NCBI GenBank assembly: GCA_040388985.1
Contig: JAZKAU010000003.1
Coordinates: forward strand, 110,896 to 174,895
Length of the DNA: 64,000 bases
Reading direction: 5' to 3'
Source: Patescibacteria group bacterium
Lineage (GTDB): Bacteria > Patescibacteriota > Minisyncoccia > Phycocordibacterales > Phycocordibacteraceae
Position numbers and translations under genes: made by a program. Position 1 is the first letter of the stretch. Every line of letters begins with the position of its first letter. Of this stretch, positions 38,344 through 46,415 are shown one piece after another. Below the pieces are notes generated by a model. That model was not told where the DNA came from and did not search any database. It worked only from the letters and a program-made list of their open reading frames with translations.

Positions 38344-38356
38344 AGCCTATTATAAG

Positions 38357-39262
38357 CTATCTAGAAAAGACTCTGTTGCCGACGAGAAAATTAATTATCG
38401 CGTTGTTACCCGCCAGCGTTTTCACGTATACGTCCGCATATCCGGATCCTATGACAGCAATAACGATTGCTATCAGTGCAATCGCAAGGAACAGAGCGAT
38501 GACTGGAGCATTGGACCGTCCTGAGAGACGCTCCCTCTTGAATTTAGGTTTGCGACCTTCTTTGCGCTTTTGTTGCACGGGAACTATCTTTTCAGGGGCG
38601 CTTGGCGAGCCTACGCGCCGAATAGGGATAATATCGGCTGCCTCCTCTTCGACAATCTCCTCATCAGGCTCGAGTTGCGTATCTATGCGGTGTAGCGGTA
38701 CGGCGACCTCTTCAGCGTACGAGACTTCTCTACTGTCTTCGTACCCGGTCTCTGGCGCCCCCGCTTCTTCTTCGATGTACTGAGCTACGTCTTGATTCCG
38801 ATTCTCCACAATCGGCTCTATAACGGCCGGAGTTGGTGCCGTCTGCTTCTGATCGAACCATTCCTTCCACGCTGTCTGCATGTCAGTAAGCGTGTCTTCA
38901 GGGGTTTCCGGGATATCTTCTTCCTCTATTACAGGCGTTTTAAGCTCTGGGACGAGAGCAACTGGCTCGGAGGTGTATACCGGCGGCTCCCACGTTGAAA
39001 GCGTTTCCGGAGTCGCCGTATCGCTCTGTGAGCCTACCGGAGCTGATGTTTCGCGTGCCTGCTCGACTTGCCTTACTTCTTCCGCGCCAAAACGATGTGC
39101 ACGGATGGAAGGCTCGTATACATACCAGCCACGACCCACCATCTTCGCATCGATATGACCTTCGCGGCAAAGCTGGCCGACATAATCTTTGGCATACCCA
39201 GTAATCTCTGCCGCCCGCTTAGACGAGATATACGTCTTGTCCCCTATAGTTATTTCATCCAT
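38357..39262 (-). CDS. HTH_17-like N-terminal domain protein with acidic disordered linker and C-terminal TM anchor (paralog of the giant protein's head)
   Basis: From ATG 39262: MDEITIGDKTYISSKRAAEITGYAKDYVGQLCREGHIDAKMVGRGWYV aligns with the giant ORF's N-terminus (S.K.A..I.GY..DY...LCR......VGR.W.V). This is followed by an E/P/T-rich linker and a C-terminal helix APVIALFLAIALIAIVIAVIGSGY. The tracked ORF extends to 39316. Confidence 0.6.
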   Translation of the reverse strand: MDEITIGDKTYISSKRAAEITGYAKDYVGQLCREGHIDAKMVGRGWYVYEPSIRAHRFGAEEVRQVEQARETSAPVGSQSDTATPETLSTWEPPVYTSEPVALVPELKTPVIEEEDIPETPEDTLTDMQTAWKEWFDQKQTAPTPAVIEPIVENRNQDVAQYIEEEAGAPETGYEDSREVSYAEEVAVPLHRIDTQLEPDEEIVEEEAADIIPIRRVGSPSAPEKIVPVQQKRKEGRKPKFKRERLSGRSNAPVIALFLAIALIAIVIAVIGSGYADVYVKTLAGNNAIINFLVGNRVFSR

Positions 39263-39323
39263 GCAGTAAGTATATACGTTTCTCGTCTCGTTTGGAGTAG
39301 GTTGTTCACACAACAAGAAGCGT

Positions 39324-39358
39324 AGTCATATATGGACTTCGTAAGTCCATATATGACT
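39324..39358. repeat. REP-like palindrome copy 4: AGTCATATATGGACTT-CGT-AAGTCCATATATGACT (16-bp perfect arms), preceded by GTAG
   Basis: Shares the ATATATGGAC/GTCCATATAT core with copies 1-3. Located 62 bp upstream of the 39262 start. Confidence 0.75.
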
Positions 39359-39430
39359 AAACCGCTCTCATTTCTGAGGGCGGTTTCGTGCCTGCTTTCC
39401 GATCTACGTATGATTGACCTGTCTCCTAGC

Positions 39431-40858
39431 TTATTGTCGCAATGCTTCGACAATAAGCTCGCGGAGGATGGCGGGATTCCCGGCGCCTTTCATGGCCTTC
39501 ATAGACTGCCCCAGGAGGAACTGGAGGCTTGCCTCCTTCCCTGCCTTGAGCTGTGCTACCGCCTCGGGGTTCGCGGAGATGACTCCTTCTACCGCAGCTC
39601 GCAAAGCTTCGGTGTCGCTTACCTGCAGAAGACCGTGAGCCTCCGCAACGCTGCGCGCTGATCCGCCTTCGGTGTAGAGAATGACGAGCACGTCTTTCGC
39701 GCCGCGCGAAGAGAGGTCACCTGCGTGCGCCATGCGTACGAGCTCGACGAATGCCTCGCTTGTGACTTTGCCGAATATATTCTCAGCGTCCTCGCTCTTA
39801 GCGGCGAGTCCTTTGAGGTCCGAGACGAAATAATTAGAAGCGAGCGTAACGAGTTCGCGCTCTGCACCGATACCCGCAAGTACGGTGTCGAAGTAGGCAG
39901 CATCGCGCGCGTCAGCGCGTATGAGTTCTGCATCGCTCTCTTTGACGCCAAGAGATGCGTAGCGCGTGGCGCGCGCAGTCGGCAGCTCCGGAAGCGATGC
40001 TGCCAGTGCTGCGTCGCTCCACTGCGGGATCTCGCTGCGTACTATCTTAGGCAGATCAGGCTCCGGGAAATAGCGGTAGTCAGCGCTTCCCTCCTTGGTG
40101 CGCTGGCGGAAGGTCTCCTGCTTGGTCTCGTCCCAGCCACGCGTCTCTTGCTCTACGGAACCCCCCTCCTCGATGAGCTTCGTCTGACGGGCGATCTCGA
40201 ATTCGATAGCGCGTTCCACCGACCTGAATGAATTGAGGTTCTTCACTTCCACTTTCGTTCCGAAGTTCTCATCTGTAGATACGCTGATGTTCGCCTCGAT
40301 GCGCATCTCCCCTTTCTCGAGATTGGCGTGGGAGGCGCCGAGCGTGCGCAGCAGAAGCTGCAACTCGCGGGCGAAGCGACCGGCAGTCACTGAGTCATGT
40401 ATGGCAGGGTCGGTGACGAGCTCCATGAGCGGCACGCCGGCACGGTTGAAATCGACTTCGCTCGTACTCTCCGCTCCTTCGTGAGAGGAGCGCGCCGTGT
40501 CTTCTTCCAGGTGCACGCGGGTTATCGGAATGCCTGCGAGCGTGCCGCCCTGGACCAGCGGATACTCGTACTGGCTTATCTGGTATCCCTTCGGGATGTC
40601 GGGATAGAAATAGGATTTGCGGTCGAACTCGGTATAGTCGGCAAGCGTGGAGCCGAGTGCCGAACCCACCTGCAGCACCTTGTGAATCGCTTCGCGGTTG
40701 GCGGCGGGAAGCGTGCCTGGGTGCGCGAGACAGACCGGGCAGACGTTCACGTTCGGACGGGACTCCTCAGGATCGTTGAGGCAGCGGCAGAACATCTTGG
40801 TTTCGGTTGCGAGCTCAGCATGGACTTCGAGGCCGATGGTGGGGCGAAACGACGACAT
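39431..40858 (-). CDS. gatB: Aspartyl/glutamyl-tRNA(Asn/Gln) amidotransferase subunit B
   Basis: MSSFRPTIGLEVHAEL...MFCRC...NVCPVCLAHPGTLP is the canonical GatB N-terminus. 475 aa. Confidence 0.9.
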   Translation of the reverse strand: MSSFRPTIGLEVHAELATETKMFCRCLNDPEESRPNVNVCPVCLAHPGTLPAANREAIHKVLQVGSALGSTLADYTEFDRKSYFYPDIPKGYQISQYEYPLVQGGTLAGIPITRVHLEEDTARSSHEGAESTSEVDFNRAGVPLMELVTDPAIHDSVTAGRFARELQLLLRTLGASHANLEKGEMRIEANISVSTDENFGTKVEVKNLNSFRSVERAIEFEIARQTKLIEEGGSVEQETRGWDETKQETFRQRTKEGSADYRYFPEPDLPKIVRSEIPQWSDAALAASLPELPTARATRYASLGVKESDAELIRADARDAAYFDTVLAGIGAERELVTLASNYFVSDLKGLAAKSEDAENIFGKVTSEAFVELVRMAHAGDLSSRGAKDVLVILYTEGGSARSVAEAHGLLQVSDTEALRAAVEGVISANPEAVAQLKAGKEASLQFLLGQSMKAMKGAGNPAILRELIVEALRQ

Positions 40859-40908
40859 ATAGTACCTAGTAAACAGGACAGGGCGTGACAGCGCAACCGT
40901 GCATAGAG

Positions 40909-40945
40909 AAATCGGACCGGGCGCCAGAGGCGCCCGGTCCGATTT
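40909..40945 (-). terminator. Rho-independent terminator after obg (AAATCGGACCGGGCGCC-AGAG-GCGCCCGGTCCGATTT)
   Basis: 16-17-bp perfect stem between the obg stop (40963) and the gatB start (40858). Confidence 0.6.
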
Positions 40946-40962
40946 CTCACCTGTATTTCGAA

Positions 40963-41940
40963 TTATTTCCCCGCACGAAGCTCCTTCACGAGGTCGTCGG
41001 AAAAGGACTTGAGGAGGTCCTCGTCGATGATAGAGAGCGGCTGGACCGGCTTGCCGCTCGCTTCCTGGAGCTCCGTCATCTTTTTCGCGAGTTCCTCGGG
41101 AGTAAGCAAGTCCACCTTGGACAAGACGACTATCTCGCGCTTCCCTACCAGCTCCTTACCGAAGGATTCCAGCTCGGCTCGTATGGCCCTATAGCTTGCG
41201 GCAACGTCTTCTTGTTCAGCCGAGACGAGATGCGCTATAAGTACGGTGCGTTCTATGTGGCGGAGAAATTTCGAACCGAGACCTCGTCCTGTCGAGGCAC
41301 CTTCGATAAGTCCAGGAATATCGGCAACGAGATAGCCATACAAGTCGCCGAGATGCGGGTCGAGCGTCGTAAAGGGATATGCACCTACTTTTGAGCGAGC
41401 TCGGGTGAGCGCGTTTAGGAGCGATGACTTGCCCGCATTCGGGAATCCGACGAGGCCCACATCGGCGATTATCTTGAGCGTTATCCGGATATCCCCTGCC
41501 TGGCCCGCTCTGCCGGGAGTATTCTGCTCAGGATTCTGGTTCTCGGCACCCTTGAAATGAGCGTTGCCGAGACCGCCCTGACCACCCTTGAAGATGACCG
41601 TCTGCTCCCCTTCGGTGAGCACCTCGAAGGTTTCCTTGGTAGTCGCGTTCTGGATGAGCGAGCCGATAGGGACTTTGAGCACCGTATGCTTGCCGGAAGC
41701 CCCGTGCTTATTATTCCCTTCTCCCGGAAAGCCGTGCTCGGCCTTGAATTTCTTCGAGAACTGGTAGCTTGCGAGCGCTCCCAGGTCCCGAACGCCCTCG
41801 ATGACGATGTCACCGCCGCGGCCCCCGTCGCCGCCCGCAGGACCCCCATGATCCTTCCCCTTCATATGCAGCCAGCGCACGACGCCGTCGCCGCCGCGGC
41901 CCGCAGTCGCGTGAATAGTGATCTCATCGATGAATGCCAT
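40963..41940 (-). CDS. obg: GTPase Obg/CgtA
   Basis: MAFIDEITIHATAGRGGDGVVRW..GGDGGRGGDIV (Obg-fold glycine-rich N-domain) plus G-domain motifs GFPNAGKSSLLN and DIPGLIEGA. Confidence 0.9.
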   Translation of the reverse strand: MAFIDEITIHATAGRGGDGVVRWLHMKGKDHGGPAGGDGGRGGDIVIEGVRDLGALASYQFSKKFKAEHGFPGEGNNKHGASGKHTVLKVPIGSLIQNATTKETFEVLTEGEQTVIFKGGQGGLGNAHFKGAENQNPEQNTPGRAGQAGDIRITLKIIADVGLVGFPNAGKSSLLNALTRARSKVGAYPFTTLDPHLGDLYGYLVADIPGLIEGASTGRGLGSKFLRHIERTVLIAHLVSAEQEDVAASYRAIRAELESFGKELVGKREIVVLSKVDLLTPEELAKKMTELQEASGKPVQPLSIIDEDLLKSFSDDLVKELRAGK

Positions 41941-42195
41941 ATATCAGCACCCTACCATATATAGGTAGAGTCATATAGCGCTATGGCTCGAATCCCAATT
42001 TCCCAAGACTACGGTACGTTGACAAGCAGGAATATACAGAGTAAAGTCTACTCAGCTGCCAACTCGGCCGCAACTACAGTAGCGAGATTTCGCCACTATT
42101 TATTAAGTCCGACCACTCTTGGTCCGACGCAGATACGTTAGAAGAAGCCCGATAGGTAAGGCCTCTTTTCCGTATCACTGTAATCACAGAATCTT

Positions 42196-43968
42196 ATGGT
42201 TCATCAGAATACTTCAGCACGTACGCTGAAGCCCATACATCAGCACGAGACAAATCGGCACGTAAAAGCGCCAGTAGTCTATTCGCCGTCATCTCCCGAG
42301 TCAAATACGGTACGTATCATCCCACTTGGAGGTGTTGAAGAAATCGGTCGGAATATGTGCGTAGTCGAGACTGGCGATGACATATTCATTGTTGATGCAG
42401 GTTTTCAATTCGTATCCGAAGACGAGAATCCAGGCATTGATTATCTTCTTCCAAATATTTCCTATCTCGAAGAAAACGCCGATCGTATTCGTGCAATTCT
42501 TGTTACCCATGGCCATCTCGATCATGTTGGTGCAATTCCCTATATCATGGGGCGCATCGGCAATCCTCCAATATATACCCAGCGTGTAAGTGCAGTGATC
42601 ATTAAAAGGCGCCAGGAAGAGTATCCGGAGGCGGGACCACTAACTATCGTCGAGGTTGAGAATCATTCGCGTCATGCTATTGGCAAGACACATGTGCAAT
42701 TCTTTCCCGTCACTCACTCAATTCCTGACTCAGTAGGAGTTGCTATAGAAACCGCGCATGGAAATGTCGTGTTTACCGGCGATCTGAAACTTAATCATAA
42801 TAACGGCATACCTGCGCCCCATGAGGTTGCAACGTGGTCGGCCATAGGGGCTCAGAAAAACCTTTTATTTGTCGCGGACTCAACAAACGCCGATAGCCCT
42901 GGGTTTTCCATTCCCGAACACCTGGTCCAACAGAACATTAATGAGATTATGGAGGGAATACATGGCCGCCTCATCATTGGCGTTATCTCTACACAGCTGG
43001 AGCGCATGATAAACACTATCGCCACTGCCGAACGATTGGGCAAGAGAATTGTTCCTGTTGGTAGGTCTATTCAAAACAATATCGAGATCGCTCAGAGAAC
43101 GGGATTGCTTGCGCCCAGGCCGGGTACGATTGTACAACCTCAGGATATCGCAAACTATCCATCTGATAAGATGGTCGTTCTTGCAACTGGTGCGCAAGGA
43201 GAAGAATTCGGTGCTCTGACCCGCATTGCTACTAAACAACATAAATATGTTGCGTTTACTAACCGAGATACTGTGATTCTCTCGTCCTCGGTTATTCCTG
43301 GAAATGAACTCTCAGTGCAAAGACTTAAAGATCTGCTCTGTCGTCACAACGTATCACTCATTCATTATCGTTCAAGTGATGTGCACTCAAGCGGTCACGG
43401 GAATGCTGATGAATTGGTCTGGCTGAATCAGCAAGTCAATGCAAAATTCTTCATGCCGTGTCATGGATATTACTCTAAGACCGTGGCACATGGCAAAATT
43501 GTTGAACAAGCGGGACGTGCTAAAGAAAGCATCATTATTGCTGATAATGGGATGGTTATCGATATCGTGAATGGAATGAGGCTTGATATACATTCACAGA
43601 AAGTCCCGAACGCCCCTAGTACTGTAGATGGATTTGCCGTAGGCGATCGCCAAGAGCTCGTTATTCGCGATCGCCAAGAGCTCGCAAAGGATGGGATGTT
43701 CGTAATAGCAGTGACTATCGATGGTAAAACGGGAAAACTTCGCAAATCACCTGATATTATCTCGCGAGGATTCGTATATTTGCGTGAATCGCAAACATTG
43801 CTCCAAGAATCTCGCATGCTAATTAAGAAAGTCGCTGAAGAGGCTTCTAGAGGTAGAGAAATAGACACGGATCATATTCGAGATAAGGTTGCTGATGCTG
43901 TCAGCAGGTACCTGTTCCAGAGGACCAATAAATCTCCGATTGTTACTCCAGTGGTCGTATCTGTTTAA
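42196..43968 (+). CDS. rnj: Ribonuclease J (beta-CASP metallo-beta-lactamase RNase)
   Basis: RIIPLGGVEEIGRNMCVVE, HGHLDHVGAIPYI (HxHxDH) and beta-CASP motifs. 590 aa. The about 35-aa N-terminal extension is unusual, so the true start may lie downstream (no in-frame ATG there). Confidence 0.85.
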   Translation: MVHQNTSARTLKPIHQHETNRHVKAPVVYSPSSPESNTVRIIPLGGVEEIGRNMCVVETGDDIFIVDAGFQFVSEDENPGIDYLLPNISYLEENADRIRAILVTHGHLDHVGAIPYIMGRIGNPPIYTQRVSAVIIKRRQEEYPEAGPLTIVEVENHSRHAIGKTHVQFFPVTHSIPDSVGVAIETAHGNVVFTGDLKLNHNNGIPAPHEVATWSAIGAQKNLLFVADSTNADSPGFSIPEHLVQQNINEIMEGIHGRLIIGVISTQLERMINTIATAERLGKRIVPVGRSIQNNIEIAQRTGLLAPRPGTIVQPQDIANYPSDKMVVLATGAQGEEFGALTRIATKQHKYVAFTNRDTVILSSSVIPGNELSVQRLKDLLCRHNVSLIHYRSSDVHSSGHGNADELVWLNQQVNAKFFMPCHGYYSKTVAHGKIVEQAGRAKESIIIADNGMVIDIVNGMRLDIHSQKVPNAPSTVDGFAVGDRQELVIRDRQELAKDGMFVIAVTIDGKTGKLRKSPDIISRGFVYLRESQTLLQESRMLIKKVAEEASRGREIDTDHIRDKVADAVSRYLFQRTNKSPIVTPVVVSV

Positions 43969-44031
43969 ACCCTGATCCACTCAGCTGGCGTATATATAGC
44001 GAAAGATGCGGATAGAAAGTTTCTCTCTAAA

Positions 44032-44499
44032 TTAACGTTGATATTCAAAGACGTCGCAAGGGTCTCCCGCCTGAGCAAGTGTTTCGCGGATTTTCTTCCA
44101 TCCGTGCGTGAGAAAGAAATCTTCCATAATGGAGTTGTCGGTACACGAAAGAATACGCTCGTCTTTCGCTTGTGCATATGTCATCAACTTGTCATACAAT
44201 TTCTGGAATATACCGCGTTCCCGGTATGGAGGAGCTACTACGACGTGCGCAAGCCATAATGCATCGTCGTCTATACCGTCGGGACTGAATCCATGACCTA
44301 TTGAGGCGAAGGCAATTAGCTTTCCATCAACAAATACCCCCACCCGATGATCAGCCCTCTCGATTTCTTCGAGCGGTGGTAGAGGATAGTCTTCACCCCA
44401 TGAGTATCGGGACACAAGGCTAGCAGCTTCCTGCAGAGCTTCCGCACTCTCTTCAAGGCTTTGTAATTTTGGCTCAACCTCTAGTGAGTAGTCCTCCAT
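44032..44499 (-). CDS. GNAT-family N-acetyltransferase
   Basis: VVAPPYRERGIFQKLYDKL resembles the GNAT acetyl-CoA binding motif A. 155 aa. Confidence 0.65.
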   Translation of the reverse strand: MEDYSLEVEPKLQSLEESAEALQEAASLVSRYSWGEDYPLPPLEEIERADHRVGVFVDGKLIAFASIGHGFSPDGIDDDALWLAHVVVAPPYRERGIFQKLYDKLMTYAQAKDERILSCTDNSIMEDFFLTHGWKKIRETLAQAGDPCDVFEYQR

Positions 44500-44570
44500 G
44501 GGCTCATTATAGGGCAGTCTGAGGAAGGTTCCAACGTCGTCCTAGACGGCCAGCCGGCAAGATGTATGTT

Positions 44571-45692
44571 CTATATCTCCGCTTCGACGAAGCGGCGCAT
44601 CATCTGTATGAAATATCGTATCGGTAGAAGAGGAATGGCTTTATTGCGTAGGTAGCCTAGTATGCCGTCGGCCATAGTCCATCGGTCCATCCGGTCGACC
44701 ATGGTACGGAACTGATGAATGCGCTTCTCGCGCCTGCGTACAAAATTCACCAAAGCTGCCTGGATATCGCTAGTGCGCCGCAGCTCCTCGACGAGTACGA
44801 GCGCGTCTTCCATAGCCATAGAGGCGCCCATGCCGGTCACCGGAGAGACGGCGTGCTGCGCATCACCCATAAGCACGACGTTGCCTTTATGCCACACCGG
44901 CATCTTTACGTACGCGATGTCGTCCTGATATATCTGCTCAGGCGAAGGAACAGTGTCTGCAATATGTTGCGCATCTTCGCAGAAGTCCTTGAACAGTTCC
45001 TTCAGTTTCTGGTCTTCATTAGCGTTGTTGCCACGCCCTGGCGGGACTTTCGCGAAGAACGTAGCCATCGAGCTATCCGCGGAAGGGAGCGTCGCGCATA
45101 TCTTTCCGCTGCCGTAGTAGCTGGTTACGCTCTTTGCATGGGTACCTGCGGGTGCCCACCACATCCATACACGCCAACCATAGTGGTGTATGAAATCAGG
45201 TCCGAAGACCATGTCACGGACCGAAGAATGAATGCCGTCGGCACCAATAACAAGATCGAAGGATTCTCGCTTCTGGCCATTAAATTCAAGCTCTACCGCA
45301 TTACCCTTCTGCTCGATGCTCGTACAGATCGTACTGAATCTGATATCGACGTCATGCAGGAGTTCGAAGAGCCCTCTGTGCAAGTCGGCGCGCTTAATGA
45401 TTATCGGAGGGCCCAGCACCTTGAACTCCTTACCCGGCACCATCTTGAGCAGCCGCCCATCCTTATCAAACACGGTGTCCAGCTCGGGTTCGTATCCTTC
45501 TGCGGCGATCTGCTCATCGATGCCGAGCTCTCGCAAGACCTTTCTGCCCGTATTCCAAAGTCCTATCAGGTACCCTATGTTCGTGAATTCAGGCGCCTTC
45601 TCGACAAGGGTTACCTCTGCGATCTTATATTTGCGCAGTAGGGCGGCAGTGGCGCACCCTGCAATCCCGCCGCCGACTATCAAAACTTTCAT
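44571..45692 (-). CDS. FAD-dependent monooxygenase (PF01494-like, UbiH/salicylate-hydroxylase family)
   Basis: From ATG 45692: MKVLIVGGGIAGCATAALL (GxGxxG FAD-binding), plus a GD..H..P motif (LMGDAQHAVSPVTGMGASMAMEDA). The tracked ORF extends to 45839 with a non-protein-like leader. Confidence 0.7.
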   Translation of the reverse strand: MKVLIVGGGIAGCATAALLRKYKIAEVTLVEKAPEFTNIGYLIGLWNTGRKVLRELGIDEQIAAEGYEPELDTVFDKDGRLLKMVPGKEFKVLGPPIIIKRADLHRGLFELLHDVDIRFSTICTSIEQKGNAVELEFNGQKRESFDLVIGADGIHSSVRDMVFGPDFIHHYGWRVWMWWAPAGTHAKSVTSYYGSGKICATLPSADSSMATFFAKVPPGRGNNANEDQKLKELFKDFCEDAQHIADTVPSPEQIYQDDIAYVKMPVWHKGNVVLMGDAQHAVSPVTGMGASMAMEDALVLVEELRRTSDIQAALVNFVRRREKRIHQFRTMVDRMDRWTMADGILGYLRNKAIPLLPIRYFIQMMRRFVEAEI

Positions 45693-45753
45693 AACGTGGA
45701 GTATATCGTGGAAATCTGGATCCTCTAGATGTCTCAGCCCTGAATTGTTACCT

Positions 45754-46014
45754 TTAACTGTATAACTCACTGTGAGTACCGACTCCGGAGAACAATGCGC
45801 TGTCTTTGTCAGCCATGATATAGATAGCGCGATAATCACCGGTAATGTTTATACTCCGATGTTTCTCGTACCCGCCGTGAAGAGAGTGATTATTCAAGAT
45901 AGGATTAGAAGGATTCTCAGCGAAGATTCGTAACCTTTCCTCGACTTTCTGCTGTATCTCGTACGGCAGTTTCTGATATTGCTTTAGGAAACTCTTCCGG
46001 TAAAAAACATCCAT
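45754..46014 (-). CDS. Type II toxin, RelE/ParE superfamily
   Basis: 86 aa: LPYEIQQKVEERLRIFAENP...HSLHG..EKHRSINITGDYRAIY is typical of RelE/ParE. Located directly downstream of the antitoxin. Confidence 0.7.
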   Translation of the reverse strand: MDVFYRKSFLKQYQKLPYEIQQKVEERLRIFAENPSNPILNNHSLHGGYEKHRSINITGDYRAIYIMADKDSALFSGVGTHSELYS

Positions 46015-46025
46015 GCAGGAACAGG

Positions 46026-46328
46026 TTACCGATGCGATCGAAGATAGGCTATAGCATCATCAACGTCTGAGAATTTAGAGGACAGATTCTTTCTCGCTGC
46101 AATATCGCGTTCGGTCTCTTTGAGAGTCTTCTGGAGACTCGCATTAGGAATTTCTGGGATGGAAAAAGTCATGGCCTGTTCCTGCACGAACTGTCGCAGA
46201 AAGCCGTTCACTACGGTACCAAGCGGCAAACCGATGCCTTCGGCAGTCTTCTGCGCCCTTGCCTTGAGCTGTTTATCGACTTTGACTGTAAGGAGTGTCT
46301 TTGTATTGATGGCAGCTTTCGTGGTCAT
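46026..46328 (-). CDS. Type II antitoxin, RelB/DinJ family
   Basis: From ATG 46328: MTTKAAINTKTLLTVKVDKQLKARAQKTAEGIGLPLGTVVNGFLRQFV (ribbon-helix-helix, DinJ-like). 11 bp upstream of the toxin. Confidence 0.65.
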   Translation of the reverse strand: MTTKAAINTKTLLTVKVDKQLKARAQKTAEGIGLPLGTVVNGFLRQFVQEQAMTFSIPEIPNASLQKTLKETERDIAARKNLSSKFSDVDDAIAYLRSHR

Positions 46329-46415
46329 ATACCAAAGTATATACTTTAGTATATTGGTGTCAATATCCAATCGTGCCGAAGCAGGCTATATTCATGCCTA
46401 TTCTTATATCGGAGC

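Noticed and set aside
39262-39316. Longer N-terminal extension (MLCEQPTPNETRNVYTYC) for the HTH-TM gene from the tracked ORF start at 39316.
   Set aside because: The alignment with the giant protein's N-terminus begins at the internal ATG (39262). The extension would place the start only 8 bp from the REP palindrome and adds non-conserved residues.
42020-42060. tRNA-like T-loop motif GGCTCGAATCCC in the obg/rnj divergent region.
   Set aside because: No complementary T-stem, acceptor stem or anticodon arm could be drawn around it. It is likely part of promoter palindromes (CTACC-ATATATA-GGTAG and ATAGCGCTAT lie nearby).
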